Made by a program: the position numbers and the translations under genes
Origin: Klebsormidium nitens
Lineage: Eukaryota > Plantae > Klebsormidiophyceae
Direction: 5' to 3'
Assembly: GCA_000708835.1 (NCBI GenBank)
Contig: DF237172.1
Location: 1-64,000 of the forward strand
Length of the DNA stretch: 64,000 bases
Notes under the pieces: model-generated
Told to the model about the DNA's origin: nothing
Databases searched by the model: none
Seen by the model: the letters and a program-made list of their open reading frames with translations, nothing else
In this document: positions 47,901 to 58,905 of the stretch, in pieces
Position numbering within the stretch: position 1 is the first letter of the stretch
Layout of the letters: each line of letters begins with the position of its first letter

Positions 47901-49983
47901 AAAAGAGCGCTGATCATCTGCTGTGCAAATGACAGGCCTTGGCTTCTAAGTGTACCCCTGAACTACGTTATGACGAGTCGTCCTTTGCTTAAAGCACACC
48001 TTATCAAGCCCACCCGAATCCAGCCGGTACTTTCACCCCCATTTTCTTTTCGAGTGGCACAAAATCAATCCGTGGAAAAAGTGAATCAGCGCCCGGCAAG
48101 GGCAGTACCTTGATGATGGATATAAAGCAGCCCCACGCATCAGAGACCGGGTAAGCTCCTCACGCCTCTTCTCAAAGCAAGTAGGCGCACGGTTCGGTCA
48201 CTAACTCACGATGTTGGTTGGGAAAGACTCACCGTCTCCCTGTCCTCATGTTGAACCTCGTCTTCCAGGAAACTCCACACCGTGGCTAGATCCTCCCTGC
48301 CCACCATCCGCAGCAGTTGCCAATCGTGCCTGGAGAATTGTACGACATAGCTGAAGCCTAATCCGAGAACTGAGAGCTTCGACCCCCCGAGAATGTTGTG
48401 ATAGGGGTCAGAAACCGGGCCTAAAAGAGTGTCCATTTAAGTACAGCTTACAGTCACAGGTGAGGCCATCATACAATTGGCATAACTGGAAAAGACTGAG
48501 GATATTGAAAAGATTATCAATAACTCCAGCGTCCAATGGATTCCCAGTATAAATCTGAACAAATCATCTTTCGGAACCTGTGTGCACCCGGAACTTCTGC
48601 ATCAACCTCTAGATCAGCCGCAGTTGACAGTTGAGACATATTCCAAGCTCTGTCAGCGTTTGCAAACTTCATATGAACAAGACCGCCAGAGTTTGAACCC
48701 ATTGGATGCAAGAAACAGTGGTTTGTTGAGTTTCTGCGGAAAGCTCGGATTCAAGCACACGCCACACTGCTTCCCAAACCACGCCATAAAGTGCCCCATG
48801 CTGTGAGCGCCTTCTGCTCATCGTACAACATGGCTCCCATCCTCCCAAGGCTCTACCCAAGCTCGGAATACAAAATGCAAAAGAATGGTAAAACTCAGTA
48901 AGACGAGAAATCTGGACTTCGGCATTCTCACTTCCGCAACTTGTTCGTGGGCAACAGTCATTGATGTGTGGCACAAACTCACTGCTTGCGCTTGATGAAG
49001 CGCTCCTCCTCAACCTCCTCACAAGACTCCACAACCCCCTCCTGCGTGCTGTCCAAGTCAGCATTCTCCCCGGGTGTGACCGGCTCGGCTGACTCGCTGC
49101 TTGGGGTCTGGCCCAGCTCCTCCCCCTCTTCCGCACCGGCACTATCCCCCCCAGACTCAACTTCGCTCAGCGTCTCCTCATTATTTTCACTTGCGCCTTT
49201 CTCATCCCCATCCGTCTCGCCCACATCGCCAGCCCGCTGCTCTTCCCGCCCCTCGTCTTCCACTTCTGTTTGCGGCCTCTGCTCTACTTCCGCCTTCGAC
49301 GTCTTCCTCGAGCCTTTCGCATACCACATCTTTGGATTCAACGGCGCCGAGGGCAGTTCGGTTCGCGCATTTGCAACCAGCGGCACGAACTTCCCGTCCG
49401 CGTCCACGCTCACGTGCTTGAACACGTGCTGAAGGCCCGCGAGCTTCATCTGGTGAGACAGCTGGCGCAGCTGATATTTATAGTGGCTGGCCCGCGACTT
49501 CGCCGTACTCAAATCGTCCGGCAGCTCTCCTAGCATGTCGTCTGCGGGATCTGTCGGTTCAACAATTCCCAGCGCGCGCTCACACTCTGCAATGGCCTCC
49601 TCGTTACTCTCCCTGCCTTCCAGAGGTATATACTCCTGGAGCAGCAGTGCGTAGAAGTATCCATGCTCCACCGAATTGGGGTTCAGAACTGTCGCTTGCT
49701 TCGCAGCTTCCAGCGCGACAGCCACGTGCCGCTTCTTCAGCGCGCTCGCATCGTGCTGCTGCTCTGCCAGCCGCTTCTCCACATATGCATGGTACCTGAA
49801 CCCCAGGGAGACATTGGGGTACTTCTGGCAGGTCTCCTTGATCGACTTCTGGGCCCGCGGCGGGTTGTTCTTCAGCGACTTGACTGCCTTTTCGCATTCG
49901 GCGCGCACAATGTCGTAGTCGCTGAGCCCAGACGTGGCTGCTTTTGCAGGCCCAACGGCGCTGCTCTTATTCTTCTTCCCCAT
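35998..49983 (-). CDS. large DUF627-(unknown domain)x3-RING protein, 11 exons, about 2461 aa
   Basis: Exons 49983-48983, 48329-48233, 47628-46387, 45588-45418, 44847-44456, 44164-42673, 42085-41429, 40263-40090, 39544-39038, 38416-38098, 37331-35998. All GT-AG, in phase and stop-free (7386 nt). The N-terminus (IVRAECEKA...AKQATVLNPNSVEHGYFYALLL...ECERALGIVEPTDPA) matches plant DUF627. The C-terminal CCICFDNPKSGAIIPCGHCLCYDCG...CPFCNTKIESVFRLF is a RING-HC. Confidence 0.82.
36691..36800 (-). repeat. coding 21-bp tandem repeat (PTGQSA[V/I/S]-like x5)
   Basis: gcagactg(c/a)ccggtagga units in the last exon of the RING gene. The paralogue has a single unit. Confidence 0.85.
40832..41007 (+). mobile_element. 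G-run-core fold-back element, arm type c
   Basis: Ends ctcaagaaaaataatagtaagcccatataatagtaag / cttactattatcttggcttactgttatctttcttgag. Core 40882-40960 has six GGG runs. Confidence 0.85.
45228..45378 (+). repeat. 'GCTAACCAG' repeat family, copy 4
   Basis: gctgctaaccagg...gttcgttttaaccagcccatgacc matches both ends of copy 1. Confidence 0.5.
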
Positions 49984-50727
49984 AGCTAACAAAGGAGGAG
50001 GCTGCCTTAAGCACAAGCTCGGGCGATCACATTCAAGAATGTAAGGCCATAGACCACCACGGGGCCAGCGGATTGGTCAAATCAAAGGGCGCGGCGGAGC
50101 AAACAGACGGTTCAGCATGTTGCAACCGTTGGTTTCCATTTTCGCAACCATTGTTTTCAATCTCCTGAGGCCCTATTGGGGCCGCTTATTGCACCGGTGA
50201 ACCCACAATGATCTTTGGAGCACGTCAAAACTTGGAGGAGCTGAACAAGCAAGTGCTGAACAAGTACAACATACGGTAGGTACACTGTCACAAGCACAGC
50301 TAGCTAGCTCCCGGCCCACGAGCAAGGTACAAACTAGACTGAGACCAAAGACAAAAAGGCGGTGGTAATGGCCGAAACACGACCACAGTATCTACTTTGC
50401 CACGTGGCGAGAAGGCCGAGCCCCCAAGCGCGTGCCCAAACTGGCCGAGAAAGGACGTGGCAGCCTGAGAAAGCTCTGCAGCCGGGCACTACTCCTCAGA
50501 CTCAGAGTGACACTGAAGGGCAGCAAGACGCAAGAGAAGAAGAGAAGACGCAAGCCAGCATCGCAGCCTGCAGACCATGACACCATGAACCTTCCTCAGG
50601 AGGGCGAAGTTGTCAGTTTCAACTGATGATCTTGGAACTTGAAGCACTCTGGACGCTGCTGCAAGCCCAACATATCAGAGTTTTCCACGCTCAATTCAAG
50701 AACTATTGCTTATGGTGGGCATGCAAG
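49984..50727. promoter_or_regulatory. divergent intergenic/promoter region between the RING gene and the AFG1-like gene
   Basis: Head-to-head starts about 745 bp apart. Contains a GCCACGTGGC G-box near 50399 and a GGCCCA site-II-like motif. No TSS evidence. Confidence 0.4.
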
Positions 50728-53700
50728 ATGGCACTGCTGCACAGTATGCAGGCGCGGGCACACAAGTCTGCCACAGAGACGCTCGCAAAGCTTTGCGTGT
50801 TCAGCTCTCGCCTGTGGCAGGAGTCGGTACTTACGGCGCTTGCATCTGATCAGAGGGTGGCTGCTAACAGGAACGTCGAGGGTGAAGAAAAGGCTGCTGA
50901 TACTAAATGTGATTCTGTGAAAGGGACACCGCTTAGAATATCTGGGCACTTGACTGGCTATTTGAGATCTCCAGTGTCAGTTGTTTGGCCAGGTGTGCAC
51001 ACGCTAGCTGTACCACCAGTTATCGGCCGACAGCAGCATGGATACAGTACATTTGCAGCACAAGAAGGTGAGGACTCAAATCTTTCATTGCCTCGTGCCC
51101 ACATCGAATGGACCAATGATCTGCTTTTAGAATCGTAAAGTCTTCATGCCTATCTGAAACAAAGACTCGAAGTTCTGTTTGGAAGGCCTTAGGGGAAGGG
51201 CAAGTGGAGCGCCTTGTCTTCTGGAGATTCTTCTCTTTGTTTTCTTCTCATTTTCCTACTTTCTGAAACGAGCGAACATCAGTCTGCGATTCGATCCCAG
51301 ATTCGGGACGCCCAGAATCGCCCCCACCAGCCCTGCCACGGGACCCCTTGGCTCGGTATGATGCCATGGTGGCGTCAGGGGCGCTGCAGTTTGACCCGCA
51401 GCAGCGCCAGGTGGCGGCCCAGCTGAGCGAGCTGGCGGCACAGCTAGCACTGCACCAGAAGGAGATGGACACTTTCCAGGTGTGTGCGGTAGCTTGAGAC
51501 TGAAGTTCAGCTGAATGAAAGGGTCTTGAGAGGGAGGTGTTTTGAACCGCAAAGGTGCGGTACTAACAACGCTTCTGTTCTGCCACACGAGCTTCTCAGG
51601 GCGTTTCAGGATCCTGAGATTAGATGCCAGAATATGGATAGTGTGCTAGTTGTACTGATGAAGAGCACTTTTGAAGTGATGAGCTGACTACAACTTGAGC
51701 CCGACCTACGCTGATTCAGTGGCCTGTCAAAGTTTGTCTTGTCATATCAGATCAGCTCTCGCATCAACCTCCTAGCTCTCAGAGGGAACGCCTCCTCAAA
51801 GCTTGATTGAGGCTCGTACTTTTCCATTTATATTCAGTGCCTATCTGATCCTCCAATTCTTTCCTTTGTGCCCAGGAAAAGCTCGACAGCTGGCTCGCAG
51901 AGCGTCAAGCTCGTTGCGAAAAGCTCATAGAAAAAGAACGGGAGGAGCTTGAGAAGCGAAGGGCACGGAACCGCAATGCGCCCAAGCGCGAGAACTTTAT
52001 AGCGGCATGGTTTCGGCAGCGGCGGAGGGACAGGGAACTAGGGGTGGGGAGGGCGGTGGCGCGCTTGAACAGGGAGAAAGCACTGGACGCCCAAATGGAG
52101 GCGAAGCCGGTGCCTCCAAAGGCGCCGGAAGGAGTGTACCTGTATGGAGCAGTGGGCTGCGGTGAGAGTGGTCGATGCCATATTCGTTGACAGTTGGCGC
52201 TCAATCCGAATGGAACTCACGTGGCTGTTGCGGCGGTCCTAATACCCAAAAAGTCACTTTAATTGTTGCCTGCCAGTATTTACTAGCGCGTGTGAATCGC
52301 GGTTACACGAACAGTGCATCCCATGCTTACCGGTCGCTCCTGCGGATGCATCTCTCTCACGGAACTCTGTGAGATGATGGTTCTTTTGAATGTGGCAAAA
52401 GCAGGACATCTGACTTGACTGACTATGAGAAGGGCTAACTCGTTAGAAGGCCCGCGATGAACTTCAAGAGACCATTTCTCATTAGAGCGGGGAGTATAAA
52501 GCTGTATATCTGACGTGTAGTCACCAGGTCGACCGCATCCAACAAAGGCGGGGCTCATCGCTAAGAGAGAGTTGAGAATTAGTTCGTCACTTGTTTGCAA
52601 CGTGCGTCCTAATCGTAATTGGTTTTGCTGCAAAATCAGGGGAAACTGCCGTGACTTAATGTAGTCTTGCTTGAAATATTGTTCATAGCGGTCACCTTCA
52701 AATCTCCGTGTCAGTAATCAGAGCTGATACCGTGAATGCTTTTCAACAAGAGCCCTCAAATCCGAGATATCACCGTGGGGAGCTTGGCGGTCCCAAGCGT
52801 CCCTCGTGACAATGCTGCTGAGCTCAGCCAAGCGTGTTCTAAACAAAGTTTGCATCTTTTGCGCAGGCAAGACTCTCTTGATGGACATGCTTTTCGCGGC
52901 CACAGACGGGGTCGTCAAGAGTCGTCGGAGGATACACTTCCATGCGGTAAGGACGTTACATTACTAGCCAGGACAGTTAGCTAAGAACGGACTGCTAAGT
53001 CGAGCTGAGACTTGACATTACCTTAGCAGGGGCGGTTCTAATTTGTGATAATTGTCATAAGAACGAGGGGGAATGAAACCGAGCGGAAACTTTGAGGGAA
53101 ATTGAGAAGCTGTGCTCTCTTTGCTGAAAAGAGATTAGCAGCCGCGTTTGGTTCTTTCGAGTTCAGCCGGTCCGCTGGTCAACGTGGAATAACGTCCTTC
53201 GTCAGAGAACCCAGTTTGCAGCCCATCTTCTGAAGTAATGCGCAGCTCGCCTTCCCGTTTTTGAACGCAGTTATCGTTTTCGACCATCCTCGCGTCTCAT
53301 TCGTGGCGTTCGGTCCATTTTGCCCGTGGTTAACTTCAGTGGTTAACTCCGGAATTTCTCCACCCCAGGCGATGCTGGAAGTCAACAGCCGCATGCACCA
53401 GTTGGAGCGCCAGCGCGAGACCCGCCAGTTTGAGAAGCGACTCGCCGCAGCAGCGGCCAAGGAGCGGGGCGAATCAGAGGAGGACACGTGGCAGGACGAA
53501 CATGACGACGACTACAAGAACATCGTCGATCTGGTGGCGGATGAGTACATGGGCGTGAAGGACGAAGCGGGGCTGCTGCTGCTGTGCTTTGACGAAGTGC
53601 AGGTGCGGATCTTATTTTTGAGGAGCGTAACCTCTCACTTTCAAGACGATGTACCAAACCCACGAACAATGAGTTGAGTCCTCGAGACGGTTGTGTAGGG

Positions 53701-56700
53701 ATAATGTAGGGCTTGTAAGAGTTTGGAGCAAGTAAGCTGTGGGTTTGACGTTTTCCTGCTCTGCGACGATGACCGCGATCGCAAAGGTCATCATGATGCA
53801 ATTTATGCTGCTTTTATTACCCTGACTTTCCAGTTAGGAATTGCTCAGCTTGAGCGAGACTTCCAAATTCTCGGGCAGGTGACGAACTTCCGTCCCTGCA
53901 ATCCTGCTGGGGGCCTTTCACCTGTATAAACGACCCTACACAATTGACACGATCCGCCTTTCGTCACCAGCGTGCTTGGTGTCCTCACACATCACCGAAA
54001 CTTCTTTTCGCAATCTGCCAAATCGCCAAAGCCCCGGCAGTGCTGGGCCTCTTAATCTCCATGTGTCGACACTCAACATGCCGCCTTTGTTACCATCGTG
54101 CTTCGGTTTCCTCACAACCCTCAAACCCGTTTCAGGTAACCGACCCGTTCACCGCCATCGTGCTGGGCGGCCTCTTGGAGCGGCTGCTCGCACGTGGCGC
54201 GGTCGTGGTGGCCACCAGCAACAAGGCCCCGCGCGCGCTCAACCAGTACGGGATGCAGGGCGAGCTGTTCGACAAGTTCGTGCGGCGGCTCGAGGACAAC
54301 TGCCACGTGTTGGGCGTCGGGACGGGGGTCGACTACCGGCGCGTGCTCGCGCGCGCGGCGGGGGACCTGGTTGGGCGGCATGAGGTGAGATTTTGACTTT
54401 GAGTGTTTGTTTCTACGCAGCTTTCAAGTTGCCGTGGTCGCGTAGTTCACTCTTAAAAGGCTTCACCTGGTTCAGGTCGCAGAGATTCGCAGTTATAGCT
54501 GTTTTCTGCAGCTGCTAGCGTTGATCTGATCTGTTCGTTTGTACGAGTCTGCTCTGCTTGAAAAGTCGTGTCCTGGCATCCTTTTCAATGCGGCAATTTA
54601 TGTCACTCATCTCCACATTCAAAAACTTTGTGCGTTTCGGTTGATTTTGAGCTGCACAAAGAGATCGAGATGACAGTCCTGAGCGATGCGCTTGTCGAAG
54701 TAGCCGATGATATCCTTTCCTTTCGGTTGCATGCCGTCTACTTCGGGTCATCCCGTTGCTCCGAACACTGCCGTCCTCTTTTAGAGTATTTGTCCTGTTT
54801 GTCAAGTTCTGAGCCTTTCTTTCCTTTGACGCTGTTGCCAACTCGAACAACTGAGGAGCACAACCGCCGTCGCACAACCCAAGAAGGTCAGAGGTAACAT
54901 GGTCGGTCCTTCCCACCAATACGGTCTGTGGGCTTTCTCATATTAAGCTTTCCCATTTTCTTCGCAGGCAAACTACTTATGGCCCATCAACCCCGCTTCT
55001 CAAGCCCGGCTAGAAACTCAGTGGAGGCAACTCATCGCCGCAGTTCCGCCCCAGTCACGCGCGGAGGGCGGTACATTCGTTCCGGTCATGTTTGGCCGGT
55101 CGCTCTATGTACCGCAGTCTTACGGCGATTTCGCCCGGTTCACATTCCCCGAGCTGTGTTCCCAGTCCGTTGGGGCGGCCGACTACATAGCGCTGTGTCA
55201 ACGGTACCATACCGTCGTGATCACCGACGTACCGCAGATGAGCATGCGGATACGAGATCAGGTAAGCCGGGGTTTTGGGACGCGCTAGCAGCTTATGGGC
55301 CTTATCGACACAAGTCGCAGGATTTTCCATTCACCGTTCAGCGTTGACTGTCTTGAGTCCCGTTCCAATTAAGGAGCGTGGAGTCTCTCCATCTTTTTCC
55401 TTGACAAAATTTATGAAGAGCTGAGTTACCGCTCCATTTCCGCCCCTTTGATGTACGCTGCTCCTATGTTTCAATCCAAGTTTTCCACATATGCAGCTTT
55501 TTCCTCGACCGGAAACAGACCCTTCCATCGCCAGTCCTCAACTCTCAGCGACGCTTTTCAAACTCCTTCGGTTTCCGGCTGTTTTGCATGTGTTGAAAAC
55601 GAGCATGATAAAACTAATTTCAGTTCTATGGAAGTTTGTTTCTCCATTGTTCAAGCGACTCGCTCCATTTCGCAGGCCCGCCGCTTCATCACGCTTGTCG
55701 ACGAGCTTTACAACCACCGGTGCCGCCTGATCTGCACCGCGGCCGCGCCGCCCGACGAGCTGTTCCTGGGGCAGGAGGAGGGATCGCTTATGGACCCGGA
55801 GCTCCTGGATATGGAGAGGTAAGCGGCTGCAGTAATTTCCGGTTCCGTTGCGAATTGCCCGTGTTCGTTCCGTTCGTAATGCCCGAGTCCGTTCTGATAT
55901 TACCGGTGGAAGAAGAACGTGGACTGCAGTTTGCAATCCCAGACCCCCACACTGCTTGGCACTCAACCTTCAAGGCAGCGCGCGACCGGTAACGTCAATG
56001 TCACCTCAAAGGTGGTCCGACGTTTGCCACGGACGGCGAAAGTCGAGGCCGAAAGGCCCAGTGCTAGGTCGCCAAAGTTACGGCATGTGAAAGCTTGCTG
56101 GCGGTGACGTTTACGGAACACATTTGTTCGCGCATATTGACCACGCGGTGTGGGGGTTCGGGAGTGCGAAGGGCAGTCCGCGTTCTTTTTCCATCCGTTC
56201 TGATACTGCTCAACTTTGACTTGCTCCGGCAGGGGTCAGTTATTCCAGTAGGATTTCGGGATTGTTCTAGTAGAATTTCGGGAATGTTCAACTTTGGGGG
56301 CTGGTGAAGAATTTTCCTGCGGTTGTCTCGGCTTGTTGCTCGCCGGGTTCAGAATCGGTAATGACGATGTGTACAGACTTGAGCTCACGAGCTTTATCCC
56401 GAGAGCGACGTGGAAAATAAGGCGGCATCGTTAGGTGTTCTGCGTCGAGTCTGCAAAGCGACCTCAACGGCCAGAAAATGTTGGCAGGAAAGCCTTCGTA
56501 CAGTCACAAGCACCTTCTGCAATGTATGATATTCCCGCTCTCCTGTGCGCAGCCTCCAGTTCGAAACCGAAGCGGAGGGCAGTCGGCTGCGGCGTGACGT
56601 CATGGCCGCGGCGGGCCTGACGCCGCTCGGTGGCGGGGCGGCCGGGAAGAGAATGTTGGATGCGCAGTTGTCAGGACGAGAGGAGCAGTTCGCGTTCAAA

Positions 56701-57178
56701 AGAGCGGTGAGCGCTCGTTCGGAATAAAGCAACCCGCTCAGAACCAGAAGGCTTTGCGTAAGCTCAGGCATTGAGGTATCTCTTAATTTAGGCAAAATAT
56801 CTATACTTTCCTCGGCGTTTCTCGCCGGCAAATGCGTTTCTCGGACGGACTGTTACTTGGAGAGACCCGAGGATGTGCTGCCGCGATTTTCGACACATGC
56901 TGGATTTGAAATTTACTCGCAATGAGGCAAAGTTTTCAGTTCTCCTTTAGCTGTTTGGGCAGGTTAAAGGTGATTCGACAAAGTTGACGGACAAACGAAG
57001 ACAAAGAATCATTGAGATTTGGATTTTTGGCCTCCAGGTTTCGAGACTTCTGGAGATGCAAACTCCAGGGTACCTCCAGTCGCGGTCAAGTTCGACAAAC
57101 TCATCAGGTACCGTCAAAGGAGACATGCAACTTTCTCAAGAGGCTTTAGCATTAGATCTGTCAGATTTCACAAGGTGA
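50728..57178 (+). CDS. AFG1: AFG1/ZapE-like P-loop ATPase, 10 exons, about 699 aa, probable organellar transit peptide
   Basis: In-phase exons 50728-51067, 51301-51479, 51876-52161, 52867-52946, 53369-53602, 54136-54384, 54968-55261, 55676-55818, 56553-56706, 57038-57178. Motifs: GVYLYGAVGCGKTLLMD, LCFDEVQVTD, VATSN, DYRR, ARRFITLVDELY, LSGREEQFAFKRAVSRLLEMQT. The start codon is inferred. Confidence 0.93.
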
Positions 57179-58905
57179 CTTGCTCGCATCAATACAGGTA
57201 TCAGCCAGGTAGGCCCGAGATCAAACAAACGCCTCCCCGACTGATACAAAGATCAGACCAAGTTTGATCGACAAGGCGATAAAATAATCAGGGCGCGATC
57301 TTTGTCGTTGACCGTCAGAAATCCGAAAAGTGTGCTTATATTGTGCATGTGTGCTAGCTACGTCGTTGCAATGCAGCATAACCAGTACTGGAGAGTTAGA
57401 TATATTGAAAACCCTTTTGATTGGTGCAAGCCCGATCGATGTTGACCTTCAAATTACATCCGTCAGGTGACGGTTTGGCCTGTATCTAGGCCGCCCAAAA
57501 TCGAAGCAGCTCCAGTTGAGTCCTGAGGAAATTGTGAAGCTAAAAGGAATCCTGGGAAAATCATTGCCGAACATAAGGGTTCCCAGTTGACGGTGGCCGC
57601 GCAGGTGACATGCTTAGGGAAAGTTGTTGCATCTGCTTAGCAACCCCATGAACGTAGCGCTGATTTGCATGCGGCCAAAGTAGGTTGTCATTGCGTGTAT
57701 GCAAGTCAATATAGTGCAAAGTGATCAACTTAAACGAGGGGAATGCCCGTAGTTGAGAGCAGAGATGCATGTTCCACTTGTTTATAGGTGCTGCTAAGCT
57801 TGGAGAAGAGCTTATCGTCTTATAATGCAAGGGAGACATGACAGCACATGAAGCCCGCCTTGAAATTCAATGATATGGTGCATTTCTCTGCTTGATATCA
57901 TATTCCGAAATCATGTGTCTAATAAGGTAGAAAAGCGCATTCGAATCAGTCTTTCACGACGTCTTGATCGATTGCAATGAGCATGAAGGCTTGCAATCAC
58001 CACCATTTGCATCAAGGGTTGTGAATGTAGCAAAAGGCAATATTACATCAAATCACCAGCATGGTGGGGTATTACGGCGTGCAGGAAAAGCAGTCTTTCA
58101 ACTTTACTTTGGCGTGGATTAGGTGGAGCGCGGACTCTGGTTGCGCCGGTTGAAGTTGCAACGTAGTCCTCAGTGGACACACAAGCTTAATCGAAGCATC
58201 AACCGCATCTCTATCATTTGCAGCGTCACTGTGCAGGTTTGAGAGTTTAAGCACTCCCTCTAGGTTGGCGTCTTGTCACACCTGGCAGCCGACTTACGCT
58301 GCGGTCTGTGATCGTCGATTGTAATCAATTTATTTGTCATCGACGGTTGGAAGCTGCAGCTGGACAGACTTTGGCGCGCAAAACGACAAACTCAACTGGT
58401 GCAGCATGCTTGGGCGGCGTTGGAGGGGACGCGGACTCGACTCAGGGGTCGGGAGCAACTGAACAAGGAAATCTGTAACACTTTTCACCTGCGCACGTGC
58501 ATTTGTGAGCAGCATTTTTGCATAAGGGACATCAGAAGCGCCGTCATCTTTGGGAGCAAAAAGCAATCTGCCACATTGCAACTTCTTTGAATGTCCAGAC
58601 TACATTTCACCAGGTCCACAAAGATTGACAAGGGTTATGAACAGTACAGAACAACAAGATCAGCGCACCATCGCTGCTGACAAAGTGGCCACGACAGAAA
58701 GGATCAGCAATGATGATCTAGAATCTGCCCAGGCAGTTATCAAGTTGGACGTGGGTGTTTCCAAAAGAGGTGATTGCGTCATGAAGCGAGCAGTGGAGAA
58801 ACCTGTCTCATAGGCCTGTTTGTGACTCTGTCTGCAAGACTAGCAAAATTAGGGTTTGTAGCCTTTCACTCCTATAGCCTTGCTTGGCGCCAACAGAGAG
58901 GAGGC

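Noticed and set aside
50362-50727. Upstream ORFs and the N-terminal extension of the AFG1 first-exon ORF
   Set aside because: No homology. ATG 50728 gives a plausible transit peptide, although an upstream start is not excluded.
55915-56000. Possible acceptor-side echoes (GLQFAI versus SLQFET here; VVQP at about 59400 versus VLQL in WRAP73)
   Set aside because: Too short and too diverged to support.
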